Shown here piece after piece: positions 24,150 through 37,860 of a DNA stretch of 64,000 nt. Each line of letters opens with the position of its first letter. The stretch's first letter is position 1. The notes under the pieces were generated by a model. That model was not told the origin of the DNA, searched no databases, and was given only the letters and a program-made list of their open reading frames with translations. The DNA comes from Podarcis vaucheri (Eukaryota), in assembly GCA_965113315.1 (NCBI GenBank), contig OZ220367.1. One strand, 5' to 3'. Made by a program: the position numbers and the translations under genes.

Positions 24150-26140
24150 CTAGGGGGACAGTGGAGACAGAGCAACACAGAGCTGGGTCAATTTGATTCT
24201 CTATACCATCAGCAGCAAAATGAATTTCACCAACTCCTAAATCTAGTCCGAAGACAACTTGCAACCCCTGCCCAACCCTGTTGCCTTTTTTACCTGTTTC
24301 AGTTACCTCATCTGTCCTCAAGGCTTGCATTGTGCAACGCATACATAACCTCTTGATGCATTCATTTCCTTCGTTGAGAGCACAGTATCAGCTTTCCTAA
24401 TTTGTTGCTCGACGAACAGGCTAGGGAACTACATAACAGTGGGGCTGGATTCTCAGTCCTTGCTTTACTGACAGTGGTAGAGGAGGGGAACCCAGGCCAA
24501 AAATCAGTTCATATGCCACAGACACAATGGTAAGAAACCCATTATCCAGAAATCCTAAGCAAGCTAAAACAAGTATCTGGGCTATTCCTTCCTCTTTTTG
24601 GAAAAGAAGATAAGTTTGTTATTATGGAACAAAGAAATTAAATGCCTTCCTTTAAGATCCATGGGGGGGGGCACACCTTACCGTTGATAATTTGCAAAGT
24701 ATTGCTGCCTTTAAGGGCAACGCTTAACAAAGATGGAAATTGTGACCAGTGCCCTGAGTCCATCCAAGATTTCCAGGCAGCAGGATAGGCCTAATCTAGC
24801 ACCTCTCAAAGTTCAAAAATCATGAATCTGCTTAACGGCTTTTTAAAAAAGCATAACATTTTAATGACTTTAAGAAATCATTTGGCTCTGAAGTCTTTAA
24901 GAACATTTTGGGTATCGTCTTGAGGCCCAGTGTTGTTTTTAAAAAGAAAACAAAAACCTTTAAGTTCCTATAATTTTAATTAGAGTTGGAAGCTAAAATC
25001 TCAAACTTCGCTGGCTGCGGCTCAACTCTCAGCTTCCTCACCCCCAGAAACAAAACATAGGCTGCCGGTTAGTAGAGAATGTAGCAGAGGAAGGCTCAAG
25101 GCATACTCCCCTTGCAAAGCTTTGCCAGAGCTTCTCCACCTTAATCTATTTGCTCGTAGGATGTGGATCATTATTATATTTCCTCTTATTATGTAGATCT
25201 CCTGTAGCTGAAAGCACCATCTGAGATGGGAAGGTATAATTTCTTAAATAACAATTCCAAATATCCAACAGAGACAGTAAGCCACACTATTTTTTTCTTT
25301 GTGATGGTATGGTATGGTCAAGTCCTCTTTACCCCGATTAGTTTCTCAGTGCTTTAATATTCTGTGGACCCTCCTTTTCATCTTGATCAGCACTGGGAGA
25401 ACTTGCAAGGGAGTGCAGCTGAACTCAGAGCATTGCTCAGGCAAAATATGCTTCTAACTTAAAAATAAAAAGCCCATAGCAATTGACTGACACTGCTTTT
25501 CTAAATAAATATACTTGGCTCTCTGTTGTTGTAATTATATGGGCCAGAACACTCAGCCAATCAGCCAGCCTTTGTTCCCTGCATTCTTCTGCTTCAGATA
25601 CCTCTAAAAGGGTCATTATCTGCATCCTGTCATCACTCGGGATCCTGGACAAACAGAACATCTATATCTCTCTGGGATAAGGGCCGGATTTTAGTTATAT
25701 TTATTAGGAGACTTCTCAAATGCTGAATATGAAGTATTTAAACCTATGTCCCTATAATAATTTCAGCCCCAATGTATGCCTTTCTAGCTGAGATTTCTGC
25801 ATTGCAGGGGGTTGGACTAGATGACCCTCAAGGTCCCTTCCAACTTTACAATTCTATGGTTCTAATGCAGAGAAACTGGGCAGAGCAATCCTAACTGGCA
25901 GATCTGCTAGCCAGATGGAGAAATTGGTGAAATGTTTCCCGAAAAACTCTCTGCACTCACTGTATCTGCCAATAAGGCAGTCAGGTAATAAAATATCTAT
26001 GTGGATGGGGGGTGGGGTGAAGAAAGGACTGCAGGAGCCAGTGATGAACTCTAAGAACTCTTGTTCTATATTTCCATCCAAATAAACAAGGGATAATATG
26101 CAAGGGTCACTTTACAAACAAAATAGAAGAGTCTGCTTAC

Positions 26141-26167
26141 CCTGTGTGGATAATCTCCACATTGACC
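26141..26167 (-). CDS. COL13A1: COL13A1 exon, 27 nt, GQCGDYPHR (COL1/NC2 junction, conserved Cys)
   Basis: tttgcag|...|gtaagc; human GQCGEYPHR as recalled. Confidence 0.95.
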
Positions 26168-26605
26168 CTGCAAAAGTAGGAGATTAAAAGAAAATAGTTT
26201 ACATCATGAATGCTGTAACCAAAATAGATTCGTGGAGACAGGTTCATAGCAGGTGCATTGCTGACTTGAATGCATTCATGTCAGTGAGGATAATGCTGAT
26301 TTAAGCATCCCGTGGACTGGACTTTGTCCATGAATTCAAATGTGCAAAGGTGACATTATTTTCAAAAGCAACTGTGGATATTGAGACTATTGATTCAGGG
26401 TACATGAATAGCCTGGAGTTCCAGGTTGTTTCAGCTTCCAGTTTCCTGAAAAACCTGCGTTTTAATGTGAGTTAAAATCCTCTTTAAGAGAGCACACGAC
26501 TATTTTAGCCTGCCTTGAACACAGGTATTTCTAGAAACTGAAACCCAAACCAACATGGAACTCCCTTTTTTATTGTAGGTAGAATGTTAATTCTGCTAAG
26601 CTCAC

Positions 26606-26632
26606 CTTTTCTCCTTTTTGTCCAGCGGTTCC
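26606..26632 (-). CDS. COL13A1: COL13A1 exon, 27 nt, GTAGQKGEK
   Basis: tctatag|...|gtgagc; 105-nt upstream intron. Confidence 0.92.
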
Positions 26633-26737
26633 CTATAGAAAGTAGAAGACAAATATAGAGTCATGTCGCATATATAATGGTGATAAGGAATGCCAAAAAT
26701 AAGTGTGAGCAGAAAGTATGTACAAGTAATTACTCAC

Positions 26738-26764
26738 TGGTTGTCCTTTGGGACCAGCTGGGCC
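26738..26764 (-). CDS. COL13A1: COL13A1 exon, 27 nt, GPAGPKGQP
   Basis: cctcaaag| (AAG acceptor) ...|gtgagt. Confidence 0.92.
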
Positions 26765-27184
26765 CTTTGAGGGGAGGAAAACCCAAGCAGAGGTTACATC
26801 GAGTGAAAAACAAAGCGAACAATATGATGAATATGACAGCACATGATGTAAGCTTCAGATAAAACTGGCATTACAGACAGGAAACACAGGCAATCTGTAC
26901 CCCCTTTTGCAATAATTCTCACCCAAACCTTTTAATTCCATAATCAGGTATCCTTAGGATCCTCCAAGTAACATATCTTAATTGGGCCTGTTACAGATGT
27001 CACCTACTCCATATGCAGATGTGGGAAATCATTATTTCATGGTGATGCTGAACATCAATTAAATATCCTTACAGCATGTGCAGTCCCCATCAGGAGAGAC
27101 TATCCACTAGTGACATAATTACCAGGAACATTCAGCAGTGTGGGCAGTGGGATGCATAGTCTGTAGGAGTAGCACCACCAAAAG

Positions 27185-27598
27185 TAGGGATGGGGGAGGA
27201 ATTCAGTTCTGTTTGCATTTAAAGACGACAGATTCACACTTTTCAAAACAATACTGTGTACCAAAATGGATATCCTAAGAAAGTCAGACTTATCCAGATT
27301 TTGCACAGCAGTTCTCCAGCCAAACAATGTGTACAAGAATGCACAGACTATGGTAACGTGTGCACATAAATGCATATATTAGTGACAATAAAAAATCAAA
27401 TATACATTTTGATTTGAAAAATGTGCACACTGAGCAAAAATGCATTTAGAATGCACATGAGAAATTTGCACAAAAATGCTAACAAATTTTCTGGAGGACT
27501 TAAAAAAATATTCCAATGTAGAAATGTGGAGACTGAACTTAAGAGTGGAAAAGTGAGAAACTGAAAGATACTGAAATTGACAGATTGACCCATTCCTA
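27185..27598 (-). mobile_element. TAGGGATG-terminated non-autonomous DNA element, near full copy
   Basis: Termini tagggatggg / cccattccta; interior shared with four other copies in the window. Confidence 0.7.
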
Positions 27599-28006
27599 AT
27601 ACAGGAAGAGTAAAAGCTTTTTCACACATGGGACAAATAAGTCTAAACTGTCCACTGCTTCTTGCAGAGTGGAGGATGGAATATTAGCTACTTCACAGCA
27701 GGGCCCCGACCTGTGAATGACAAGTGTGAAATCCACAGTGAGGTGGCGGTCTTATTGTCTTGCCAGCAGGTGGTGGTTCTGGCTCAACACCACTGCACCC
27801 CTTAATCTAGTTTGCTAAGGTATGCTGTGACATGTGCACATGTCTGGTGAAATGATCTGGGTGGCTTATAAACAAAAAGAACAGGTGCCCAATTAAAAAT
27901 AAAATCAGCAGCATTAGCCTATTAATTAACTAAAAGAAAGCAACCAAAAAGTAGCAAAACAACAGCAACAACCGACATTCAAAGGACAATAGCGTCCAGC
28001 TGCTAG

Positions 28007-28141
28007 CTGGTTTCCCAAACTTGGTTCTCCGGCTGTGTTGGACTACAACTCCCATCATCCCTAACTAGCAGGACCAAGTGGTCTGGGATGGTGGGAATTG
28101 TAGTCCAAAAACAGCTGGAGACCCAAGTTTGGGAAACACTA
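28007..28141. mobile_element. Palindromic hAT-like MITE (~135 bp)
   Basis: Near-perfect hairpin: tttcccaaacttgg...ggactacaactcccatcatccc / gggatggtgggaattgtagtcc...ccaagtttgggaaa. Confidence 0.85.
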
Positions 28142-29682
28142 AGCTAGACTAATAAAAATCAGGCCATGATGTGAGATGTGTGCTAAATGTCTTTTTACAT
28201 TCTCTTCAAAGATAAGATAGTGCTGACATGACAAGCTTATCTGAAGAGGGACCTGCATACATTTTTTACAGCAACAACAGGGTGTGGCATACCTCTCATT
28301 TGCACACTATTCTGTGATATTTTGGCATGCCTCTGATGCCCATTAGGGATACAGTTCTCTGAGGAAAAGTGATGGAGAAGTCAACTGAAGCACAGTCATA
28401 GGTTTTAGCCTATTTAAAATCTCTTGCGCTTGGCCTCTTCCTTTCTGGTGTTTGGGATGCACTGAAAATATGCCTGGTGGAGACTTGCTCCACTTGTGAC
28501 TCAGTGAGCTGAACACAGGCCACCAGAGGCTCAATAAAACTGTCTTTGGCGCCTGCCTGGAGCTTCCCTCCCCCCCCCAAAGCATTTTGGTTTTCTCAAA
28601 CACCTGGCTGGCCCACACAACACATGCCTGGTGGGCTGTGTTGACTTAGAGGGTCACAAAATATGTGCATACCGCCCCAAAAACTTAATTTAAAAGAAAA
28701 TCTCACAATCAATTCATCAGATACAGAAAGCACGGCATGTTTCAGCATCTGCCTGCAACAAATAATGTAGTGAAAATATACTATATTAACAGAGTGACAA
28801 TTAATTTGAACAGTGGGGTTAAATTGGAATTCTGTAGGCTCTGGGCCAAAGCAAGCAGAAGCTTGCCAGACCACAGGCCTGTAGTATTTGATAGATTGTA
28901 GGGTGGGATTATTTCATTAACTCAGAGAGGAAGCAAAGTATACACTATATCCTGTGGTTCGCTCTGCTTTAGACACAGGGTAAAACTCCAGCTTCGTAGA
29001 AAATAAAAGCATGACTTGAGCAATCCAGGAATCGAAGCATACATACACTGAAATGAGATACTTTGTAAAGCAGGGCCAATACACACAGGGTGGCAGCAGA
29101 ATTAACAAGGTGGATAAAATTTATGGACCAGGAATTTAGTATGTGAAAGTGTGTCCAGTTACAAGCAAGATAGGCTAAATGGCCTGTATCTGGCTATTAC
29201 TAACTCTGCTTTCCAAGTTATTGACTTGAATAATTTTGTGAAGAGTTGATTTTCAAAACTGTGTGGGTTCCCTGACAAGCATTTCTGGGTTTTTAAAAAA
29301 AAGAAATCTGGATAATGAAAACAGGATATCCTAACACAGTTTCTCAGCACTCAGCCCCATTCATCTCAAGCAGCACAGCCCCCCCCCCCCGCCCTATCCT
29401 TCTATTAAGTACACGTTAAGTTGGATGGAGGAGGGGTGGAGTGATGAGGAGCTACCACCTGATGGTGAAACAATCAGATGACCCAGTTCACCATGCATTT
29501 CAGACTTGCCAGTCACCCAGCAAATCCTCCTGAAGGTTCTAATTATCCCAGTGTTGCTTAAGTCTGAAAGGACTTAACAAAGCAGTCACAACAAGGAACA
29601 GTAAGCACAAAGGCAAATTAAGCCTTGTTGAGCCATGAAGCTAGCTAAATTCATGGTGACTGGCATCATGGAAAGGAGAGAG

Positions 29683-29800
29683 ATACCTTGGAGATATTGC
29701 GGGTTTGGTTCCAGACCAATAAAAGTGAATATTTGCAAGAAAGCGAGTCACACAATATTTTGGTTTCCAAGTACATATAACAGTTATGTTGATACTATAC
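29683..29800. mobile_element. Tigger1-like (pogo family) terminal fragment
   Basis: ataccttggagatattgcgggtttggttccagacc...aaagcgagtcacaca...tttggtttcc...agttatgtt...actatac matches my recollection of the Tigger1 end. Confidence 0.7.
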
Positions 29801-29802
29801 TA

Positions 29803-30070
29803 CCATAGATTCCGGCATATAAGGCGACTTTTTAACCCCAGAAAAGAGGTTAAAAAGTCGGGGGTCCGCCACCCCCCCCCCACTGCTGCAGCGGCTCTGA
29901 AGCAGCAGCAGCGGGCGGCAGGCTCAGCTCCGCGCCGGGTGGCTTTCTCCTGGCGTGGAGCTGCCCAGTGTATTAGGCAACTGGGCTTATAAGACAAATC
30001 CCCAAATTGCAGCTGCTAATTTAGGGGGTCGTCTAATACGCCCAGTTGCCTAATACGTTGGAATCTATGG
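29803..30070. mobile_element. Tc1/mariner-superfamily (Tc2-like) MITE
   Basis: TIRs ccatagattcc / ggaatctatgg with TA on both sides; GC-rich core. Confidence 0.82.
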
Positions 30071-30505
30071 TATATTCAATGAAGCCAGTGCCTCCTGGCT
30101 GCAGGGTCAGGAGGGGAAAAACCTGGCTCCAGTCCTACCCACTCCTGTGGCTAGAAGAGGGGTGGCAGCAGTTTGCCTATAAAATTTCACTTGATATTAG
30201 ATGTAGTACTGATTTGCCTTTGGTACAGCTACAGATGCAGCTCGATTCCACAAAAATATGGAATCCAGACGAGGATTTGCAGGCCCAGCTATGAGAAAAC
30301 CACTGTACCAGGTATATTCACAAGAATCTGGAGTTCTCTTGCAAATTTAGAGCAGGGATGGGGAATATGAGGCCCAGGGGTGTCTATATGGCACTTGCAA
30401 CTCTTATCCCTTTCCATCCTTGCTTTGCACCCTTCTTGAGTGTCTCTGTCTGGCTGGAATATGTCCTTGAACTGTTCATGTTTCTTGCTTGGAGAACAGC
30501 AAGGG

Positions 30506-30507
<2 letters not shown>

Positions 30508-30536
<29 letters not shown>
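30508..30536. repeat. (GT)n microsatellite
   Basis: Directly visible. Confidence 0.95.
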
Positions 30537-30538
<2 letters not shown>

Positions 30539-31651
30539 CATTTGACCCCTGGAAGGTCTCCCAAAAGGGAATGCGGTTCTCAAGTTGTGGAAGATTCTCC
30601 ACACCTGGTTTAAAGACTTCATTGATGCTATAAAGCCATACCACACATGCACAAAGGATTCCTGTGCAGTGGTGATGTCATACCCTACAAATAAAGTGCA
30701 GCCGACCTTGGCGTTGCCAGAACCTGCCATATTATGATAAGTTTGGTGGTGGAACAAGGGGAGGAATTCAACGTTGCACTCTTCTAATAGATCTGTCAGT
30801 GCAAGTACTTCTGCTTGCCGGACAGAACACCCCTCCCCCCTTTTGTCTTGCATGCATTGCTCTGGAGTTCTCCTGGCCCACCCCCCCACCCCCAGAGCAA
30901 CAATCTAAATTTTCCCATTGGCATCATTCTTTCAAAGAGGAATGTCGAAGATCTAGATATCAATAAGAAGTGACAGTGTTTCCCCAATGCAGAGCTTTCT
31001 GAGAGCTATGCCTACAGATTATGCTGTGTCAAATGGTAGAGACAAACAGATACCAGTTTCACAACAGATTTGCATTTGTAATTTAAAGCAGGTGGAGAAT
31101 GTAATCCGTTATGCACCAAAATGTCCTTTATATGATAGTCCAAGGGGAAAATTGAGAAATATTTTGTCTAGTTTAACAACCCATCCTGACCAAAAAATTA
31201 TGTGTTTTCTCTTTGGAGTTGTTTATCCATTTGTTACATATAGAACAACATTGTATGCTTTAGCTGCAAGCAAACATCTAACAGAAAGAACTAGTGTATT
31301 AAAGGAGGACATGCCTTAGGAGCTTTAAGAGTGTATTTAGTTTAATCTTACCTTGAATTCAGTTTTACTCTAATTATGTTAAAATATTTAATATCATTAG
31401 AAGGCACTTTAACTTTCTTATTATACAATGCTTTTGTTGTTTAGGGATTGGAATTTTTTTTGAGTTTATTTTTAAAGTGGTCAAGGCTAGTACAATAAAT
31501 TTGTTGATGATGACCCAATAACCTAGTGCTGCTTACAGGGTGGTGTGTGTGGGGGGGTGGAGGTCTTATTTACAAAATTGCCAGCAGAAATCACTTTCCT
31601 GCTTTCAACTGCTAGAGTAGGAAGAGAAAAGAATGGGAGATCTATTCTAGG

Positions 31652-31893
31652 TAGGGCTGCCATATGTTCGGAATTTCCCGGACACACCTGGGATTTGTCC
31701 TTCGAAAATGGTGTCCTGGTGGAATTTTCGGAAACTGGTTAAAATGTCCAGGAAAACCCAGGCATATGGCAGCCCATATTGGAAGTGTTGCATTTTTGGT
31801 GACTATCTGAAAAAATACAAAACAAAACAAAAAGCTTTAAACCTCAGCAACCTTTGTGTCCAGATTTTCACTTATTGAAATATGGCAATCCTA
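31652..31893. mobile_element. hAT-like MITE
   Basis: TIRs tagggctgccatat / atatggcaatccta, plus an internal TIR copy (atatggcagccc); TSD not clear. Confidence 0.7.
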
Positions 31894-32012
31894 GTTCCAT
31901 TTTGAAAGGAGGACTCCACAAACCCACCCTGCCAGTCTTGCCCTTTTACAAGCTTGAAAGTCTCCAGCCTCAACCCAGCATATTGCACAGAAATAGATTA
32001 AAGTCTTATTAC

Positions 32013-32039
32013 CACTTCTCCCTTCTGTCCAGGTTGCCC
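32013..32039 (-). CDS. COL13A1: COL13A1 exon, 27 nt, GQPGQKGEV
   Basis: cttcctttccatttcag|...|gtaata; Gly-X-Y, at the position of human GHPGPKGDM. Confidence 0.9.
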
Positions 32040-32956
32040 CTGAAATGGAAAGGAAGACTGCATCAGGGGTGGCCATTCTAGTTACTAGGACATTTTGAAG
32101 TCTCAGACTTCTGCGATTGTCATTACCGTTTAGTCATGCGTTCTCCTGTTGCTTTCCTACAGCAACGGTTTTCTCATGGTTTGAACATCTAAAGCCCTAA
32201 GTGGTTTGGGATCATGTTATCTGAAGGGCTGCCTGCAAGTGGATGAGCCTGCCAAAGTATTGAAGTGAAAGCTGTGACCCTGCTCTCTTAACTGGCTAGC
32301 AAGAGCCATTAGGCTGGCAGGTAGCAGGAACAAGGCTTTCTTAAAGGTGGCCCCACACATTTGGAACTCACTCCTCACAAAGATACATACAGATGGCCTC
32401 TTGCAGTAGGGCCCAAATTTCGGGCAGAGCAGCCTTCCTGACACTGGTTCCTACACAGCCCTGACCTTTCAGCCACTGTGCCCCTGCAGCAATGCAAATG
32501 TTGGGAGGATGGCTCTACCTCACCACAATGGCCGCTACTGGCCTCATCGCTTTAAAAGAATTTCGGAAGATATATTTATTCAGGTCTAGTTTTGGCTGAA
32601 TTGTGATGTGGGTCCATATCTTGTAAGTGTATTTTTCCCCATGTGTCCTGAAAACTGGGTTTTAAAGTTTTCAAAATTTAAACAAACACACACATAGAAA
32701 TAGAAACACTGGAGTATGATAGGTGGATTTTTTTTAAAGTCTCCAACTATATAAGTTACATTTCTGACAAGTCTAATTTCTAAGACGTGTCTTTTGGTAG
32801 TCTGCACACCAGCACCACTTCACATATATGGATTTGCCCAGAATTATTGAAACAAATGATTTAGAGATAAACATTTTGAAAGTGTTATTGACAGAAAGCT
32901 GCTGACTAGGAGTATGAGCAAGAACAAGAGTCAGGGGAGGGGAAATATTCACTTAC

Positions 32957-32983
32957 TGGTTTGCCGTCTAAACCAATCTGACC
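32957..32983 (-). CDS. COL13A1: COL13A1 exon, 27 nt, GQIGLDGKP
   Basis: tttcag|...|gtaagt. Confidence 0.94.
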
Positions 32984-33529
32984 CTGAAATTAAGACAAAA
33001 GAAAAGAGGTGAGCAGTTGACTTTTTGTGTAATTCTATACAGGTTTACTCAGAAGCAAGCCCCACTGGGTTCAATAGGGCTTTCTCCCAAGAAAGTATGT
33101 AGCAATGAAGTCTAAAACAGGCAAATATTCTGTGTTCATAGCCCATATATACAGCCCACAAGACTGAATACCTTACAGGTCTTGGACAGAAAACACAAGG
33201 GAGTCTAGTGACTGAAAAAGCATTGCAACAGATCTAGAAATTAGTTCAAATCACAACACATATTTGTAGTTTTATGTTACAGTTTTTGCTTTAATGACTC
33301 ATTTGTAAGGAAAATATAGGAGATCTCTCTACCTGCAATTTTTTTAAAACAATAAATGCATTTTTAAAGAAACCAAAGCACTGAATGAAATAGCAATGTC
33401 TTTTCTGTGACACAATCCCCAGCCATCCATTTTTAGAACAGATGCGTCAAGAGGCATTTAGTTTAAGGGATGCTGCACTTAGAAATATATCATTCATACA
33501 TACCAGTATGCATTAGCAGTGCCACTTAC

Positions 33530-33565
33530 CGGAAACCCAGGAAAACCTCTTGTTCCAGGCTGTCC
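33530..33565 (-). CDS. COL13A1: COL13A1 exon, 36 nt, GQPGTRGFPGFP
   Basis: attcag|...|gtaagt; peptide matches mammalian sequence as recalled. Confidence 0.95.
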
Positions 33566-35448
33566 CTGAATAGAATGAAGCGGAAAAAGAGATTAGAAGA
33601 AACAGATGAGACAGCAACATGTGTGACTAAATCACTCCATCAGGCCTTGTGATTTCCTACTCTCCATCATTTGCCAGATGAAAATATGTACACTTGTTTT
33701 ACATGACCTGAGGGATTAGCGCTTGACTGCGGAGAACTAGTACAAAATGAAGCCATTTCTGTGGTGTCTGGAAGCTACCGCAAGTCACTAAATAATATTG
33801 GACTCTCTAATCTCAAGTTGCACATTTCTCCACCACTCAGAAAATGCTTATGTTGATGCTCAGCCACCACAAATCTTTAAATGTTTCAGTACCCTTTTAA
33901 GTGTAGTCCCCAATACCTTTATTTTCTCCCCAAAATTACAAGTCTTAGACCTTTAAACATATTGCTAATGCGGCTTCTGTTCCATCTGCATTTGCTCCCA
34001 CACTGTTCTGGGCACAGAGAAAGACTTCCATCCATGTGGTTCAGCTTGACTGAGGATATATTTATAAGCTATGCAAATGATAGGTCTTCTACGAGCTGGG
34101 CATTGCTTATGTGTCCTGCAAACACACCATGAGGCCAAACCATGTGGGCAACCTATTCCCGAATCAGTGTGGAAAGAACTGCACAACCTGGAGCAAACAC
34201 ACCAGGAAGGATGATATGTGCAAATAAGGTCTTGGGCCCAAAGGAAATAAGCAGTTGTACAATGGCCAGACACTTGGAATCCCAACTACATGAAGATCGC
34301 TCCATGTGACAAAGTGCTGATGTGAAGCTCCTCACCACATGGATTCGACACTTACTATGCTGATTCCACCACATCATTGCAAACCATCAAACAAAGCAAA
34401 CTGCTGAGCATGCTCAGTCCTCACTGAATTCTTGCGAATTGACTTTGGCTTTTAAAGATTGTCGAGCTTCTGCAAACTTTGGTCTTCCCGTAAGAAGGCT
34501 GACAAGTCCTTCTTGCTTCTTGGTGGGTCCATTTTGGCTCCAATCCGGTCAGTGCTTACCACCTGAGCTCACTATTAGAAGGAGAGATGGTAAGAGAAAC
34601 CTGTGCAAGGTTATCTCAAGGAACCTGTTATTCTACTCCCAAACAGATACAATTATAACTGCTGGAGGATATAACACAAATAACCGGTGTTGAGGAAATT
34701 AAAAGGAAAGCAGTTCTGTGGAAGAGACTATGTAATTTCCAATTTCCCTTCAATTGTTCTTCAGCTATAGCCACTCAGGCTGGTTTCACATGAATGATGG
34801 GAAATAAAGAGGCCCAGCAGTATTGCAGAAGGGTTCGTTTTGAATTCCAGACAGTTTGTCTGAAGTTTCTGAATCAATTACATGTGTGTTATAAATTCAA
34901 GCTTGCTCACCAGTCCTTTTGGTGCAGTTTGCAGTGCCTGGGATCACTTTATAGGAATACTTTATATAACCGCATCACAGTGCCATAAAATGAGGCATTT
35001 AATGGTGGTCAATCAGCTGTGAGATGTATACTGAGCCTCAAAGATGATGGTGGTCTTGATCACTCAAGCCCAGTTGTCTGGCTTTCATATCTCCTCATTC
35101 ATTTTACCCATAAGGAAAATGTTGAAGCAAATATGGTTGCCAGAACAGTCCTAAGCAAGGGTGGTATGCAGTGCCAACAGGAGATGGAGCAACAAATGTG
35201 TGCCTGTTCCCAGAAGTCCCTTTCTGGTTGTTCCGTGTATTTCAACTGTACCTAGTGTGCGCTTTCACTGTGTAGCTAATTTTAAGGTTTACTTGCTAAG
35301 TGTGCCTGGAAACAATGCTGCCTATTTTTACTTGTCTGATCTGACAATTTTGCAAGTATATATTGGATTTCAAATTTCTGATAAACATCAGTGCTTGGAG
35401 ACATGTCACAACTCATGACTGGCTACAATGTTTCTGACACATGTGTTG

Positions 35449-35452
<4 letters not shown>

Positions 35453-35493
<41 letters not shown>
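35453..35493. repeat. (GA)n microsatellite
   Basis: Directly visible. Confidence 0.95.
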
Positions 35494-35497
<4 letters not shown>

Positions 35498-35864
35498 AAT
35501 GTACATCATATATAAGTGTTCTTTCACTGGACTTGCTCATATTGTTATAAGCATACTCTTCAATAATACAAAACGGTTCATACTTTGGGTGTGTATAGTC
35601 TGGAACTTGATTGCTAGTGGCTTATAAAAGCCACTGCACGAGTATGTGTGCCATGAACAGTTGTTTCATGCATTGGCTTACTGCTTTTTTGTTTTAATTG
35701 ATATTGTGGGTTTTAAAAAATTGTGATGTGGTTTTACGGCCATGTTTGCATGTAACACTAAAGGATAGTTTGGCATTACATACACAAGCATCAGGCTTGC
35801 AGACTCCCCCCACCCAATAATAGCCATGAGGATATTGCAGGCATCTGCTTTCACTTTTGAACTA

Positions 35865-36106
35865 CAGTGGTACCTTGGGTTAAGTACTCAACTCGTTCTG
35901 GAGGTCTGTTCTTAACCTGAAACTGTTCTTAACCTGAAGCACCACTTTAGTTAATGGGGCCTCCTGCTGCCGCCGCGCCGCCAGAGCCCAATTTCTGTTC
36001 TCATCCTGAAGCAAAGTTCTTAACCTGAAGCACTATTTCTGGGTTAGTGGAGTGTGTAACCTGAAGCGTATGTAACCTGAAGTGTATGTAACCCGAGGTA
36101 CCACTG
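35865..36106. mobile_element. Tigger/pogo-type MITE (242 bp)
   Basis: TIRs cagtggtaccttgggtta / taacccgaggtaccactg; TA TSD; multiple subterminal taacctgaa repeats. Confidence 0.9.
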
Positions 36107-37039
36107 TAATTAGAACCAGTAGTTTTAAACTATGGTTTGTTAATCAGCCATATCACAAACCCTGGTTTGAAGCTGGTTTGTTTGAACTAGCCATAGGAGG
36201 AACAGCGGAGGGAAAATGTAAGCCCAAATTCATGTACAGCACACCAAACACTAAACCATTGTTTAGGTCCATTATGTTGTAAATCACTAAGTTTGTAAGC
36301 CCACACTAAGAAGGAAGGACACGGATGTAACCAAACAAATAAAAAATAACATCCTATCTTCTCACTCTCTATATAACACATACATCTATTATAAACACTA
36401 CAAGTCTCCAGTTTTCTCTCTTCCACAAGGAAACTGACTCTTTAAAACTTCCCCTGGGACTTGCTAATACTCAGGGAAATGGTGACACCCTTCTTTGTCT
36501 AATAGACAAAGAATAATTACATGCTATTGTTCTACAATCTGATCCAAAGAAACATTCTGTGCTTAGTTACAAGTTTACTCATGTGTGTAAATTGTTTATA
36601 TAAGCAATTGCTTACATTTACCTTAATTGTTGAACAAAACAAAACAAAACAAAATGGAGAAAAGATCATAAACTCTTATAGCAGATTTAAGATTGAGAAG
36701 AGTCCAGATAAAGGTGCTGAAAATCTCAAATCAACCTCTTTCCATTTAATACTTAGCACAATCTAAGACAGGCACAGGTAGACCAGGTCTGCAGGATCTA
36801 ATTGCGTTTGCACTAGAACTGCAAGCTTTACCAACCAAACCCAGGTGCTAAATAGTAGCAGCAGGAGGAGCCAGATGGCAAGCAGTAGCTCATTTGCTAG
36901 ATATAATTACTTACTACATAGGTTATACACTAGGATAACCTGTACAAAAATAGCCTAATTTCTAATAGCCTAATTTAGAAAGTAGGGAAGGCTTTTTGTT
37001 GTTGCCAGTGGAAGTCTGAAATCCTATTATACACAATAA

Positions 37040-37408
37040 TGGTAAAGGTAAAGGTACCCCTGCCCGTACGGGCCAGTCTTGACAGACTCTAGGGTTGTGC
37101 ACTCATCTCACTCTAGAGGCCAGGAGCCGGAGCCGTCCGAAGACACTTCCGGGTCACGTGGCCAGCGTGACGAAGCTGCTCTGGCGAACCGGCACCAGAG
37201 CAGCACACGGAAACGCCGTTTACCTTCCCGCTATAAAGCGGTACCTATTTATCTACTTGCACTTGAGGGTGCTTTCGAACTGCTAGGTGGGCAGGAGCTG
37301 GGACCGAACAACGGGAGCTCAACCCGCCACGGGGATTCGAAGCATTGACCATGCGATCGGCAAGTCCTAGGCACTGAGGTTTTACCCACAGCGCCACCCG
37401 CGTCCCAA
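37040..37408 (-). mobile_element. Full-length Sauria SINE (Squam1)
   Basis: Minus-strand head gggacgcgggtggcgctgtgg, B box, (accttt)n tail; 15-bp TSD TATTATACACAATAA at 37025-37039 and 37409-37423; CpGs retained (young). Confidence 0.93.
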
Positions 37409-37583
37409 TATTATACACAATAAACTGTAGCAAATCTGCTGCTGAAATTACAGCCATTTTAGAAGTAAAAGTAGCCCTAGGGTTTCACAGTTACTTTGTA
37501 AGGCAATTGTTTGCAAACTTTTTTCTCTTGAGACATTTGCTTGTCTACCATGGAACCTCTGCTCGTTAGTGGAATGTTCCAAG

Positions 37584-37778
37584 TAGGGATTGTGGGGGAG
37601 GGGGGATTCAGTTCAGTTCACATGTATAGGCAAATCCTTCAGTTTCACATTTTCCAAACCGGATGAGAATTGAAAGACAGTCATCTTTCAAAATTCATAC
37701 TTAACTGAACTTTGCAAGTCAGTTCTCCAATCAATGTGTACAAAAGATATATTACATTAGGGGAAAGTGTTCATGTTC

Positions 37779-37860
<82 letters not shown>

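Noticed and set aside
25602-25661. MFCLSRIPSDDRMQIMTLLE, superficially like the human NC2 exon ECLSSMPAALRSSQIIALK, followed by a GT donor
   Set aside because: The in-frame acceptor lacks a pyrimidine tract and has competing AGs. The true ortholog at 24093-24149 fits far better.
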